46,075 nucleotides of DNA from Octopus bimaculoides (taxonomy: Eukaryota), in NCBI RefSeq assembly GCF_001194135.2, contig NC_069002.1, positions 19,923,587-19,969,661 of the forward strand, written 5' to 3'. Shown piece after piece: positions 25,217-36,420 of this stretch (position 1 is its first letter; each line of letters opens with the position of its first letter). The notes beneath the pieces were generated by a model. That model had not been told where the DNA came from, ran no database searches, and worked only from the letters and a program-made list of their open reading frames with translations. A program made the translations under genes and the position numbers.

Positions 25217-27237
25217 NNNNNNNNNNNNNNNNNNNNNNNNNNNNNNNNNNNNNNNNNNNNNNNNNNNNNNNNNNNNNNNNNNNNNNNNNNNNNNNNNNNN
25301 NNNNNNNNNNNNNNNNNNNNNNNNNNNNNNNNNNNNNNNNNNNNNNNNNNNNNNNNNNNNNNNNNNNNNNNNNNNNNNNNNNNNNNNNNNNNNNNNNNNN
25401 NNNNNNNNNNNNNNNNNNNNNNNNNNNNNNNNNNNNNNNNNNNNNNNNNNNNNNNNNNNNNNNNNNNNNNNNNNNNNNNNNNNNNNNNNNNNNNNNNNNN
25501 NNNNNNNNNNNNNNNNNNNNNNNNNNNNNNNNNNNNNNNNNNNNNNNNNNNNNNNNNNNNNNNNNNNNNNNNNNNNNNNNNNNNNNNNNNNNNNNNNNNN
25601 NNNNNNNNNNNNNNNNNNNNNNNNNNNNNNNNNNNNNNNNNNNNNNNNNNNNNNNNNNNNNNNNNNNNNNNNNNNNNNNNNNNNNNNNNNNNNNNNNNNN
25701 NNNNNNNNNNNNNNNNNNNNNNNNNNNNNNNNNNNNNNNNNNNNNNNNNNNNNNNNNNNNNNNNNNNNNNNNNNNNNNNNNNNNNNNNNNNNNNNNNNNN
25801 NNNNNNNNNNNNNNNNNNNNNNNNNNNNNNNNNNNNNNNNNNNNNNNNNNNNNNNNNNNNNNNNNNACATTATTTCTGAAGAAACGTCCCCGCATTCCAA
25901 AAAGCTGAAACCGAAACATTGAGAGTTCGTATCTTTTTGATGGGGGTATGATTGAGAAGGAGATTTTAGTGTTTCTGTAAGAAAAAAGGAAGTAGAGAAT
26001 TCTTAAATGTTCGTACTATCTGTTTTCTCCGTACATTACCACCAAAAGTTGAAAGAAAAGTAGAAAACTGAAGAAATTGGGATGGGGAGAGAGAAAATTG
26101 AAATGTTGAAAACGTGATTTTGTGGTGAAATCCTAATGTTCTGTATTGAAAACATAGGAATGGGAAGAAATTTGGGAAAAAAATCAGGTGGTAGGAAGGG
26201 GGGCAATCGTCACGTGGGACATGCTAGGAAGGACAGGTTTTCTGGGAGAACTTCCTTTTAAATTTATATTAATGTTCAAGTTTTTAAATACACAGGTAAC
26301 AAACTCGAATTACAGAATAGAAAAAGTTGATTTTCTATTGGATTTGAGCTGTAATTTTCCGCGTGCACATGGCAACAAGTAACATTATTCATACAGATGT
26401 TTTACCTAGAGTGTGTCTGTGTGTGTCTGTGTGTGTCTGTGGGTGTCTGTATATCAGTGTATGACATTCTTTCGTTTGAAGCAGGAAAGTTGTCAACTTG
26501 ATTATATGGTCGATCATATAGGATCATATGATCGTTAGTTAACTTCCGTAAAATGTTCTTATTTAGTTATGCTTTAAAGAGAACAGAAATTGACAGGGAG
26601 GAGAAAGTGAGAAGGTGATATTTGCATTGAAGTGAGAGCAGAAAGTGAGAGAAGAGAAAGTGCAAGCTGTATGTTCATGTATATAAAATTGGTGCGTGTG
26701 TGTGTGTTTGTATGGGTGCATGTGTGTGAGAGACAGAGATGGAGATAGAGCGCGAGAGAGATTGTGTGATTGCATTTATTGCATGTATGTGTTAAGTAGA
26801 ATTCACTCTCTCTCCATCTCCCTCTCTCTCTATCATCCTTTCTCTCTATCTTCCTCTCTTTCTCTATCTCCCTCTCTCTTTCTATATCTCTCTCTATATA
26901 TTTACTTTTCTCTCTTTCTCCTTCTCTCCCCCTCTCTCTCTCACACACACAAATACATACCTTTCAAATAAACGTACATAGATATATATGTATACACCTT
27001 TTTGTATGTATGTGTGCATGTGAATGTGAGAGAGAAAGTAAGTGACTATTTCTTCACAATATATAGAGAAATGGATGTCTTTTAAGGCACACACTAATAT
27101 AGAGAATGTGACATCGTCGTCCTGCTATAAAAGGTCCTCTACGATACTTGAACCGTGGGAAGTTTATAATGTTAAAGTTTTGTAATCCAAATATGTAAAC
27201 GAAAATAATGTTAAATTGTCAGCCGAGAGATTAGTGA

Positions 27238-27309
<72 letters not shown>

Positions 27310-27402
27310 NNNNNNNNNNNNNNNNNNNNNNNNNNNNNNNNNNNNNNNNNNNNNNNNNNNNNNNNNNNNNNNNNNNNNNNNNNNNNNNNNNNNNNNNNNN
27401 NN

Positions 27403-27444
<42 letters not shown>

Positions 27445-29839
27445 GTGTGCACATTTACACACATATTTGTTTTTACGTGTAAGTAGGATATAAGCGTGAA
27501 TGTATATATTACAGTATTGCCGAGATGTATCTTCAGGGGACATATATAACACCAAGAGACCCGGAGTTGCTATTTTGTCGACTGATGCTCATAATCTTCC
27601 GTTTCACTTAAGTCCACAATGTTAGTGCACTTGACAGTGCTTAAAGTATTGTAGGAATTCGTTATCGTTGTCAGTGTTAGATTTTTTTAATTAATTTCCT
27701 ATTATCTAGATTTACGTCTTTTATTGAGATCTTCCCAAAATGTTAGACATGAACTTTATACCACTAATTTTGTAAAGAGTCATGTTTCCATTATTATCCT
27801 AATCTCAAAATGTAAGAGAAAAGTGAAAATGTAATGGCAAAGTTGTCTTGGAATATTACTAACTTGGCGAAATTTCTGTTATTTGTAGTTGTATTCTTTC
27901 GTGATGATCTTTAATTTTATATTTTGCTGCAGAGTGGCGAGGAAGGGAAGAGCAGATAACCAAATAATGATATTCATGAGGTGCTTGGAAGTAATATCAG
28001 GAAGCAACGGAAGCTTTGTGCTTATGATTGTGACTTAATCATTGGCATTAAGTGGATGCAGGTGGTAGATATTAATTTTAAAGCGGTTCACAGATTAAAC
28101 ACACCGTCCTCAGGTGATTCCACAGAATCGTGTACAGTAATTAGCTTCTATGAAATAATACCCATAAGGTTAAGATCGAACAGAAGAAAATTTCAAAGAC
28201 ATTTGTACAGTCAGAATCTGATTAGGAACAACATCTGACGCAGAAGCGTAAAACGTAAAACCTTGGCTACAACTGTACTTACATCTCTTGATCCTAGACT
28301 CACGGAAGTCAGCTGAACTGTGCTAGTAAATTAGTTACTCCTAAACACGTCACATTATGTTAACCATTAATAATTTCAGACCTGTCTCAGCTTTTCTGTC
28401 TATAGACTTCCTGTATTATTTCATTTATCAATTCTATTTTCGTTTATTTATTAATTAATTCCTTTATTAATTATTTAAGATGTATTTACTGATCTTTTTA
28501 ATTATAAATTTGACAGTCTTCTGCGACACTTCAACAACTGTCGTACTTGATACACTGAAGTCTTTTCCTCTCTCTTTGTTAATTGGTCTATAATTGTGAT
28601 AGCCACGTGATTTTCTTGTTCAAATAGAAGGACTGTTATTCGTTATATCAGCAATTTTGCTAACTCGTATCAACATATTATTACTTGACTAACGCATTAT
28701 TTTCCTGTATTTCTGAGATATACTGAAACACTAACGTAAACTGTTTATTTGTCTTTTCCAAGAACATTCCAGTTGTTGTTTTCCGTTTTAGCGACTATTA
28801 TTTTTTGCTGTTGTGACCTTACTTACTTCTATGGTTAAACACGTCTCTTGCTTTATTCCAGAGATTTCTTAATTTATTGCATGGATATTTTATCTTCCGT
28901 ACATGTCTTCAGTATTTTTTTTATTTCTTTCTCTGCATTTCTATGCATTTATACCTGTGTGATCTAATCATCTGTGAAATTTCCTGTTTATCAGCTTCCA
29001 ACATTCTATTTTATTTCAATTGTTTGATATTTTCCTAAAATATATGTATTTACAATCATGTTTCGATGTTTCTGTGTAGAAATGAATGTTTTCTTCCTTT
29101 ATGACATGTTGTTAATTAACAGTATTGGTTTCATTTGCTGCAATATTTTCGTCCTTATTTTGAATCTATTTTACAAGCTTTCTATTTCATTAAATTTTTT
29201 GTTGACGACTGTTGCAGAGGGCGACACCACCAGCTGTAGTTACTATAGAAAATCTAAGTTGTTTACTTGTTGCTTAATTACCTTTAGAGTGCAATTAGCG
29301 TAAATGATTATAGATTTGATTTTTTTTTGTTTTTGTATATAGTATAGTATGTTGCTTTTTGCTATATGATTACAAACACATTTGGGGCCTCCCAAACTTG
29401 TATGAATTCTAATTTAATTGTCGCTATTTTTCTTGTTACGTAACCGCATTCAATTATTACTTTTAACACTAAAATGTCTTCCAAACTGCGTTAACTTTGA
29501 TGACATCTGTTCGTTATTTCTCTTACCACAATTAGTTTCTGTTTCAGTATGATTTGTAAGAATATCTCTTTCCTAAGTGGTCTTCGTTTTTCGTTCTTGT
29601 CTCTGTTATGTGTTCTAAAAGGGTTTAGTTATAAACTTTATTTTCAGAAGCATATACCTATTTTGCTATTTTCTTACTCAAGATTACTTGTTGCGTAATT
29701 TTTGACAGTAATTTATTGTTTAAGATATACATTTTAAAATATACTGCGTCACTATTGAAGGAGTTTAGTAAGATATTTCCGCCAGAATTGGCGAGTTGAT
29801 TCCAGAAAGGTACTTAATTAAACAACAACATAAAAATAA

Positions 29840-29979
29840 TACAAATCTATATTTAAGAGGCGAGGAATTATGTACATTATTTAATTTTGTTTACATTTGA
29901 AGGATATTTGTCCTCATCTTTTTTCTTGTTAACACAACGTTTCGGCTGATATACCCTCCAGCTTTCATCAGGTGTCTTG
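29840..29979 (-). mobile_element. Inverted, 5'-truncated copy of the family 1 hammerhead tail
   Basis: The RC matches 513-651: caagacacctgatga..gatgaggacaaatatcc..aataatgtacataattcctcgcctcttaaatatag. Confidence 0.9.
29931..29976 (-). ncRNA. Minimal type I hammerhead ribozyme motif (family 1), intact catalytic core
   Basis: GACAC-CUGAUGA-A-AGCUG-gaggguauau-CAGCC-GAA-ACGU-U-GUGUU. The only defect is the first pair of stem II (A-C). Predicted cleavage 3' of position 29936 on the minus strand. Confidence 0.8.
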
Positions 29980-29980
29980 A

Positions 29981-30051
29981 GCACATAGTGTAGTGGTTAA
30001 CAGCGCGGGCTACTAACCCCAAGATTCCGAGTTCGATTCCAGACAGTGACT

Positions 30052-30053
<2 letters not shown>
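29981..30053 (+). mobile_element. tRNA-like Pol III SINE head
   Basis: A-box TAGTGTAGTGG (29986-29996), anticodon-like arm GGG-CTACTAA-CCC, B-box GAGTTCGATTCC (30029-30040); no acceptor stem. Confidence 0.8.

Positions 30054-30095
<42 letters not shown>
30054..30095 (+). repeat. (AAT)n tract, left part
   Basis: Direct reading. Confidence 0.99.
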
Positions 30096-30626
30096 TGGTA
30101 TAAAAGATGTGCTACAGCAAATATTCTGCTTAATACCACAGATTTGCTTGTCAGTTGTTTGACCTTAACCGCTTGAGCATGTCTCTTGGTGGCTGACGAT
30201 ATGTGCATCTCTGATCATGAGCAGAAGTAGTGGGGGAGAATCATAGCCATGCGTTGAGAGGATTTGTTTGGGGTTTGAATAATTCACCTTTGAAAACATG
30301 GGTGTCTTGCTCAACGTCCTTAAACAAACCTTATTCAGGGACCTTTTGAGCAGGATGGGCTACTCGACCTGAAGAAAATTCTAACTGGACCCCCACCTGC
30401 GAGGTCATGAGCTGTTTATCTCGATATGAGATCACCATGTCGCGCANNNNNNNNNNTGCGAGGTCATGAGCTGTTTATCTCGATATGAGATCACCATGTC
30501 GCGCACATATGGTTGTGATGCATGTGCCTGATATACCCTTATCAGACGGGTAGTCATGATGGGTATAATGGGCTTCGTATGTTTTACCCCAGTGTTACTT
30601 TGATGGCATGTACTGCTCTCTCATTC
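30096..30626 (+). mobile_element. Non-coding interspersed repeat inserted into the (AAT)n tract (probable 3' UTR or non-autonomous derivative of an AAT-targeting retroelement)
   Basis: Complex sequence with AAT on both sides, like the R4/Dong fragments. No coding motif found. Contains a 10-N gap. Identity is inference. Confidence 0.55.
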
Positions 30627-30657
<31 letters not shown>

Positions 30658-30700
30658 ATAATAATAATAATAATAATAATAATGATAATAATAATAATAA
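30627..30700 (+). repeat. (AAT)n tract, right part
   Basis: Direct reading. Confidence 0.99.
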
Positions 30701-30850
30701 CGAAAAATACCTTAGGAATGAGAAGCCAGGTTCGAAATTTCTCCAAGACACCTAATGAAGGCTGGAGGGTATATCAGCCGAAAATATGTATTAACGACAA
30801 ACAAGATGAGGACAAATATCCGTCAAATGTAAATAATGTAAATAATCTAA
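30701..30850 (+). mobile_element. Family 1 hammerhead tail
   Basis: Matches 467-620 and ends in aaataatgt-like repeats. Confidence 0.9.
30747..30792 (+). ncRNA. Family 1 hammerhead motif, inactivated (G5A, stem III lost)
   Basis: GACAC-CUAAUGA-A-GGCUG-gaggguauau-CAGCC-GAA-AAUAUGUAUU. Confidence 0.55.
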
Positions 30851-31479
30851 ATAATCTTCTCCGAAAATTTTTTTATGTCGCAGATTTTCTTGCATGGTAC
30901 AATATTTCTTTTTCGAAAATATTTATCGACTCTTCAAATCTTTAGAAGTACGGTACCATCAAACATGATAGACTGATACATTTCGTATAATGTATTCTAG
31001 TTTAATTATTTCTCGTCCAAAAATTTATTTGCAAAGCTGACACGTCGCTAATTCTTTTATAGCTAGCAGCGATAAGAGAACGTGAAGTAAACAACATATT
31101 TTTATAAACCAGTACCTTTAGTTACTAGTATCAATATGAACCAAAACCATTCAAATACAAAATTTTATTAAATAAGTGTTCTGCATCATGCGATTTACTA
31201 GCACGTGACACGCAGCATAGACGTAATGCAACTTTTAACCACTCATGTAAATTTGATTCTGGCCAAAAACATTTTCGAATCGTTTATTATTAATATTTAA
31301 TTTCTGTCTTTTTGCTGTTTTGATATCAGTGCAAAACATGTCTCTTACAATGTTTTGAATTTGCTTAATCCTGGTGAGCAATGTACATAATGCTGGAACT
31401 CCTTTATTCTCTATGTATTACTTTCAGCACCGGCTACTATTACTGATCGATTTGTTAAAGTATTAAAGCATCGGTTGAA

Positions 31480-31580
31480 ATCTCTTCCAGCACTGAGTTG
31501 GTTTTGAGTTCAAATTTCACCCAGGTTAAACTTTTTCTTTTATCCTTTCGACAAAGCCAAAATAATGTACAAATCAGGTG
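31480..31580 (+). mobile_element. Degenerate SINE (5604-5802 family)
   Basis: ttttgagttcaaatttcacccaggttaaactttt..tcctttcg. Confidence 0.45.
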
Positions 31581-32479
31581 TTATATTTACCTTTTCAAAC
31601 GTGGATAGGTTCGATCGTAAATATGGTGTAAGGGATTTCAATGGTCAGCTGCACGAAATATTGAAAAGGTTTTAAATTTTCTAGTCGACACTTGAAAAGC
31701 GTCTACTGCAATAGATCAGTACATGGAAGCTGTCCAGTTACTGTCTATTGAGGAGTGATAGCGCAGCTGATAAATATTAGAAATAACGGTGAGATAAAAG
31801 ACAATTTCTAGCACTTTTTATCGACTTTCCAAATGTAATGCAAGTAATTAACATAAAATTATTTTTATCGTTGCTGAGAAACATGCGATAGTAGCCAACA
31901 TGAAGTCTGAGTCGCTAAAGTTGATCAAAGCTAAAGTTAGAGTAGCAGTTGCTGATTAAGGCAGATAATATAGCAAAAATAACCGAGAAAATATATTTAA
32001 GAGTGGCTTCACTTACTGTTTCGATAGAGAGCAAAAATGCAAGTTCTTCACTTGCAGGAACTCTACGGAAGAGACCAATTCCTACCAAATGCCTCATTCA
32101 CAACTAGATTAAGGAGACTGTAGCATCAGCGAAAATAATAATAACAACAACAACAACAACAGAAACAAGAGATGTAATAAGCAATAGTGTAGCTGCAACA
32201 TGCAGAGCAGTTGCTACATCAGGTGCATAAAACAAAACCAAGGCAAACGGAGCATAAAACAAAACCAAGACAAACGGTGCATAAAACAAACGGCACATCA
32301 TGGAGTTTGCACCGTCCATCTACCATTCCTCATTAAATGACAAGGAAAACAAGCGAAGAAAGGAGAATATTTATATAGGAGACATGGAGTTACTTTTGGA
32401 CCAAGCCATTTGCTTCCCGGTATGAGGTACGTAGAGAGAGATTTAGTAACCATCAGTGTGACGAAGTTTCTGGAAGTCT

Positions 32480-32585
32480 ATTCTCTCTACGATCTATGTA
32501 CAAATGCTGTCGTGGTCGACATTTCCTTTCATCTTTACGGGGACAATAACATAAGTGCCACTTGAGTACTGGAGTCGATGTAATA
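32480..32585 (+). mobile_element. Degenerate SINE (5604-5802 family)
   Basis: gtcgtggtcgacatttcctttcatctttacggggacaataacataagtgcc..tactggagtcgatgtaat. A second, oppositely oriented decayed copy probably lies at 32640-32750. Confidence 0.5.
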
Positions 32586-33338
32586 TAAGAATATTAATAG
32601 TAAATTTATATTTCTTACATTGGCAACTGGCAATACATATGTGGGGATTTGTTAAGGTATCACAACAATCTGGGTACTGAATTGTACTTAATTTTATTTA
32701 TCATGAAATTATAAGAACTAAAAGTTTGTCCTTGTCGTAGGATTTTATCACTTAAAGATAATATTCGTAATTAAATACACCAATAATTTTAGAGGGCATG
32801 GTGTGAGGTATTTCAAATCTCTTCCATTCTTAATTAATCTATTAGATTATTCATTAATGAAACAGACCAAGTGAAAGTTATAGGACCACAGAATCATTAG
32901 AACAAAGAATACATATTAATTCCTGAACTCCGTTCTGTCTTTTATGCTTTTATTTAATATCAGGAAGCCAAAAGCGATTTTGCATTTATTCGGAACGAAG
33001 AGATAAATTATAAGCCAGTTAAGTCCTGGCACCAAATTCATTCACTTCAACTATTCTCTATAATAGTTTCCTTGTATGTGGATATGTCGATGGAATATGT
33101 CTGCTGCATTTGTCAAGATTTTTAGAGGATAATCATTGATGCATAATAACATTCTTAATAATGTAGATTTAAGTTCCAATGGGGATAACTGTTACAAGCA
33201 AATCTAAATCTAAGATAATTAAGTATATATATAATTTCTCGTGCGAGAAACAAGATATTCTACACAATGTTGTTTAAAATATTATTCGCAAAGAAATGAC
33301 GAAAATTCATTTTGTAAGGTTTTTATCTATGATTCCAT

Positions 33339-33721
33339 GGAGGCGCAATGGCCCAGTGGCTAGGGCAACGAATTCGCGGTCATAGGATCGTGGTTTCGAT
33401 TCCCAGACCGGGCGTTGTGAGTCTTTATTGAGCGAAAACACCTAAAAGCTCCACGAGGCTCCGGCAGCGGATGGTGGTGAACCCTGCTGTATTCTTTCAA
33501 CACAACTTTCTCTCACACTTACTTCCTGTTTCTGTTGTGCCTGTAATTCAAAGGGTCAGCCTTGTCACACTGTGTTACGCTGAATATCCACGAGAACTAC
33601 GTTAAGGGTGCACGTGTCTGTGGAGTGCTCAGCCACTTGCACGTTAAGTTCACGAGCAGGCTGTTCCGTTGATCGGATCAACTGGAACCCTCGACGTTGT
33701 AAGCCACGGGGTGCCAACAAC
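33339..33721 (+). mobile_element. Full-length tRNA-derived SINE
   Basis: GGAGGCGCAATGGCCCAGTGG (A-box 33349-33359), GTTTCGATTCCC (B-box ~33393-33404), ~320-nt body, short (CAA) tail. Confidence 0.85.
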
Positions 33722-33921
33722 ATCTATGATCCCATACAACAGGGTTGGAAAAAGGAATATGACATACTTTTCGATCAGTTCTTTCTTGTTTTCTACAATA
33801 TTCGTAACGATTCTGAGTTTACAGCTTGCTGTCAGATAACGTAACATACCGACGGCTATATATCTCTGATAAATACAGGTGTGTGTGTGTGGAAAAGTAG
33901 GAATACTATAAGTATTACATC

Positions 33922-34533
33922 AACATTATGATACTGAATTCATGAACATTTTTTAGCACATTAATACTTAATTCATTAAAATTATTAGGATATTAATCCT
34001 TAATTCACTAAAATTATTAGCACATCAATAATTAATTCATTAAAATTATTAGCACATTAATACTTAATACATTAAAATTATTAGCACATTAATACTTAAT
34101 TCATTAAAATTATTAGCACATTAATAATTAATTCATTAAAATTGTTAGCACATTAATCTTTAATTCGTTAAAATTATTAGCACATTAATACTGAATTCAT
34201 TAAAATTAATAGCACATTAATAATTAATTAATTAAGATTATTAGCACATTAATACTGAATTCATTAAAATTATTAGTACGTTAATACTGAATTCATTAAA
34301 ATTATTAGCTCATTAATAATTATCACATTAATACTGATTAGCATATTAATAATTAATTCATTAAAATTATTAGCACTTTAATACTTGCTTCATTAAAATT
34401 ATTAACACATTAATACTTAATTCATTAAAATTATTAACACATTAATACTTAATTCATTAAAGTTATTAACACATGAATACTTAATTCATTAAAAATATTA
34501 GCACTTGATTCATTAAAATTATTAGAACATTAA
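33922..34533 (+). repeat. 32-bp AT-rich minisatellite, ~19 units
   Basis: Unit tacttaattcattaaaattattagcacattaa with point variants and two truncated units. Confidence 0.95.
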
Positions 34534-36149
34534 ATAGTTAACCTCATTTGTGATATTTTCAGTGTCATTAATCATAGTGGTACATTTATCATAACTATTA
34601 TAATACTTTCATCGTAACTTTTTAATTTTTCTTCATAAAAATAAATGGGTATTGCGTTTTCTTTTTCCTTAACTGTATACCTACTTTTGCATTATCTTCT
34701 TTATATACATTATATATATCAGTGTGTATGTGTGCATGTGTGTGCGTGCATGTGTGTTTGTGTATGTATTTTAATATTTCACTTATGCATTGCATAGTAA
34801 CAACCTCGTATAGAACTCAATATACAATGCTTCAGTACGAAGCGTTAGACGAGGGGAGAGCGGTAAAATGAAAATGATTAAATAATTAACTTATGAACCT
34901 TATTAGCTAAATGCTGTTTCCGGTAAGCACTCAACAATGAGGCTACTGTATCTTAAGTAAATGACGCTCATGAGATAACTGACTATGCATTTGTCATTTC
35001 ATTTCCATTTTACGTATATGTATGTGTGTGTATATATGTGTGTGTGTGTGTGTGTGTGAGTGTGTATGTGTGTGTATATGAATATACATATATATGTGTG
35101 TGTATGTGTGTGTGTATAACGGTTACTTAACACAGTGGAAACGAATCACTAACGAAATTTCCTTCATAAAAAATTTCCAAACACGGCTAAATTCCTGCGG
35201 CAGAGAAAAAGACGCACCTACCATCAACGTTATGCATTACTGCACTACCGCAACGTTTGCTAATGTCAACACAACTACGTCTGCCAGTTAGATGGGCAAC
35301 TGCTATTGCAGCTGAGGGCCCTAGCTGCCGTTGTTACTAACGCTAACAGCTCTAGCTGTAACACCCAGCTTGTACTGACCTTGACTGCTATATAGCAGCA
35401 ACCAAAGGGAGATTTAAGGTAGCAAAATATATTTATTAAAAAAAATGGACTTACAAAAATCATATGGAAAAAGACCAGTTTTATTTCATTTATTTTAATT
35501 TATATTTTTTAAAATTTCTGTGGGACTAGACCATCTTAAAGCGCCCGAAAGTAGTTGACGCGAAGTAAATATTACCTTACGTTTTTTTTTTCAATGCTGA
35601 TGTTTTCAAACTGATCTAGATCATATACATTCGTTAATGAATTAAAGCTAAACATGATGTTAATTGTGAAAAAAAGCTGAAATGTCATATATTCTACTCA
35701 AAATAGTTTGGGGAAAATTTGTATACCTCAAAGTCGTGAACATAGAGGGCTTAAAAATGGAAGATAAAATGACAGGATTATTGACATATGTAAAAATAAA
35801 TAGCTGTTGTGTATATAACGAACACATGATTGTGTGGATATAAGATATGCTTCGCAAATACGAAATTCCAGTTTCCATTCCAGTGTGAGTAATATCATGT
35901 TTCTTTAGCTTAGCTTCTTGTCGCCACAAGCAATTTGAAACTTGTTGCAGCCTGTCTGAGGAATCGCACCTTATGAAAGGTTACCCGTTCTCAAAGGTTA
36001 ACTGCATCACACTGTATCCCGCTTATTCTGCTTGAAAATTATGTTACAGTAACACTCGTTCATGGAATACTCATCCTATTTCACGTAAATTGTATTTAGA
36101 CTTTCAAAAAAGATTTGGAAGGGAAGAAAAATATTTTGGTTCATGACAG

Positions 36150-36420
36150 AAAATAACTTCACGGAGATTGGCTGCAATATGAGGAAACTTATCACTTTAT
36201 TTTCCATGGGTTTCTTTTGACTGACATAATTTGATTAATAGGAGAAATGGTTGGCCTTGGCGTAATATTCTAAGCTTATTTGACATTGCTTTAACACCGA
36301 AGCATAAGAAATATTTAAAGGATTTCCAAATGTGTTAAGTATTCTCCTGGCTTGTCATTTCACTTCGAATTTGTTAAATGGAATTTTCTAACGAATATCC
36401 AGATTGTTTCATCACGTAAT
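36150..36420 (+). mobile_element. Possible very old PLE thumb-region remnant
   Basis: ..TPKHKKYLKDFQMC..FSNEYPDCFI resembles YK..L..RAF.IC..F..NGYP..FI; weak. Confidence 0.25.

Noticed and set aside
25876-25920. CTGAAGA...CCGAAAC hammerhead-like words
   Set aside because: No stem I or stem II complementarity.
26511-26534. 9-bp perfect hairpin CGATCATAT/ATATGATCG
   Set aside because: Isolated and short; expected by chance in 46 kb of AT-rich DNA.
29981-30053. Possible genuine tRNA gene
   Set aside because: No acceptor-stem pairing and it runs into (AAT)n, so it is treated as a SINE head.
30398-30505. Exact 49-bp direct duplication around a 10-N gap
   Set aside because: Identical copies on either side of a minimal gap indicate unmerged contig overlap, not biology.
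32221-32293. 27-bp tandem repeat, ~2.7 copies
   Set aside because: Ordinary slippage duplication; the LFYAP repeat ORF is incidental.
33922-34533. CRISPR-like periodicity
   Set aside because: Head-to-tail units with no unique spacers, eukaryotic context, no cas genes.
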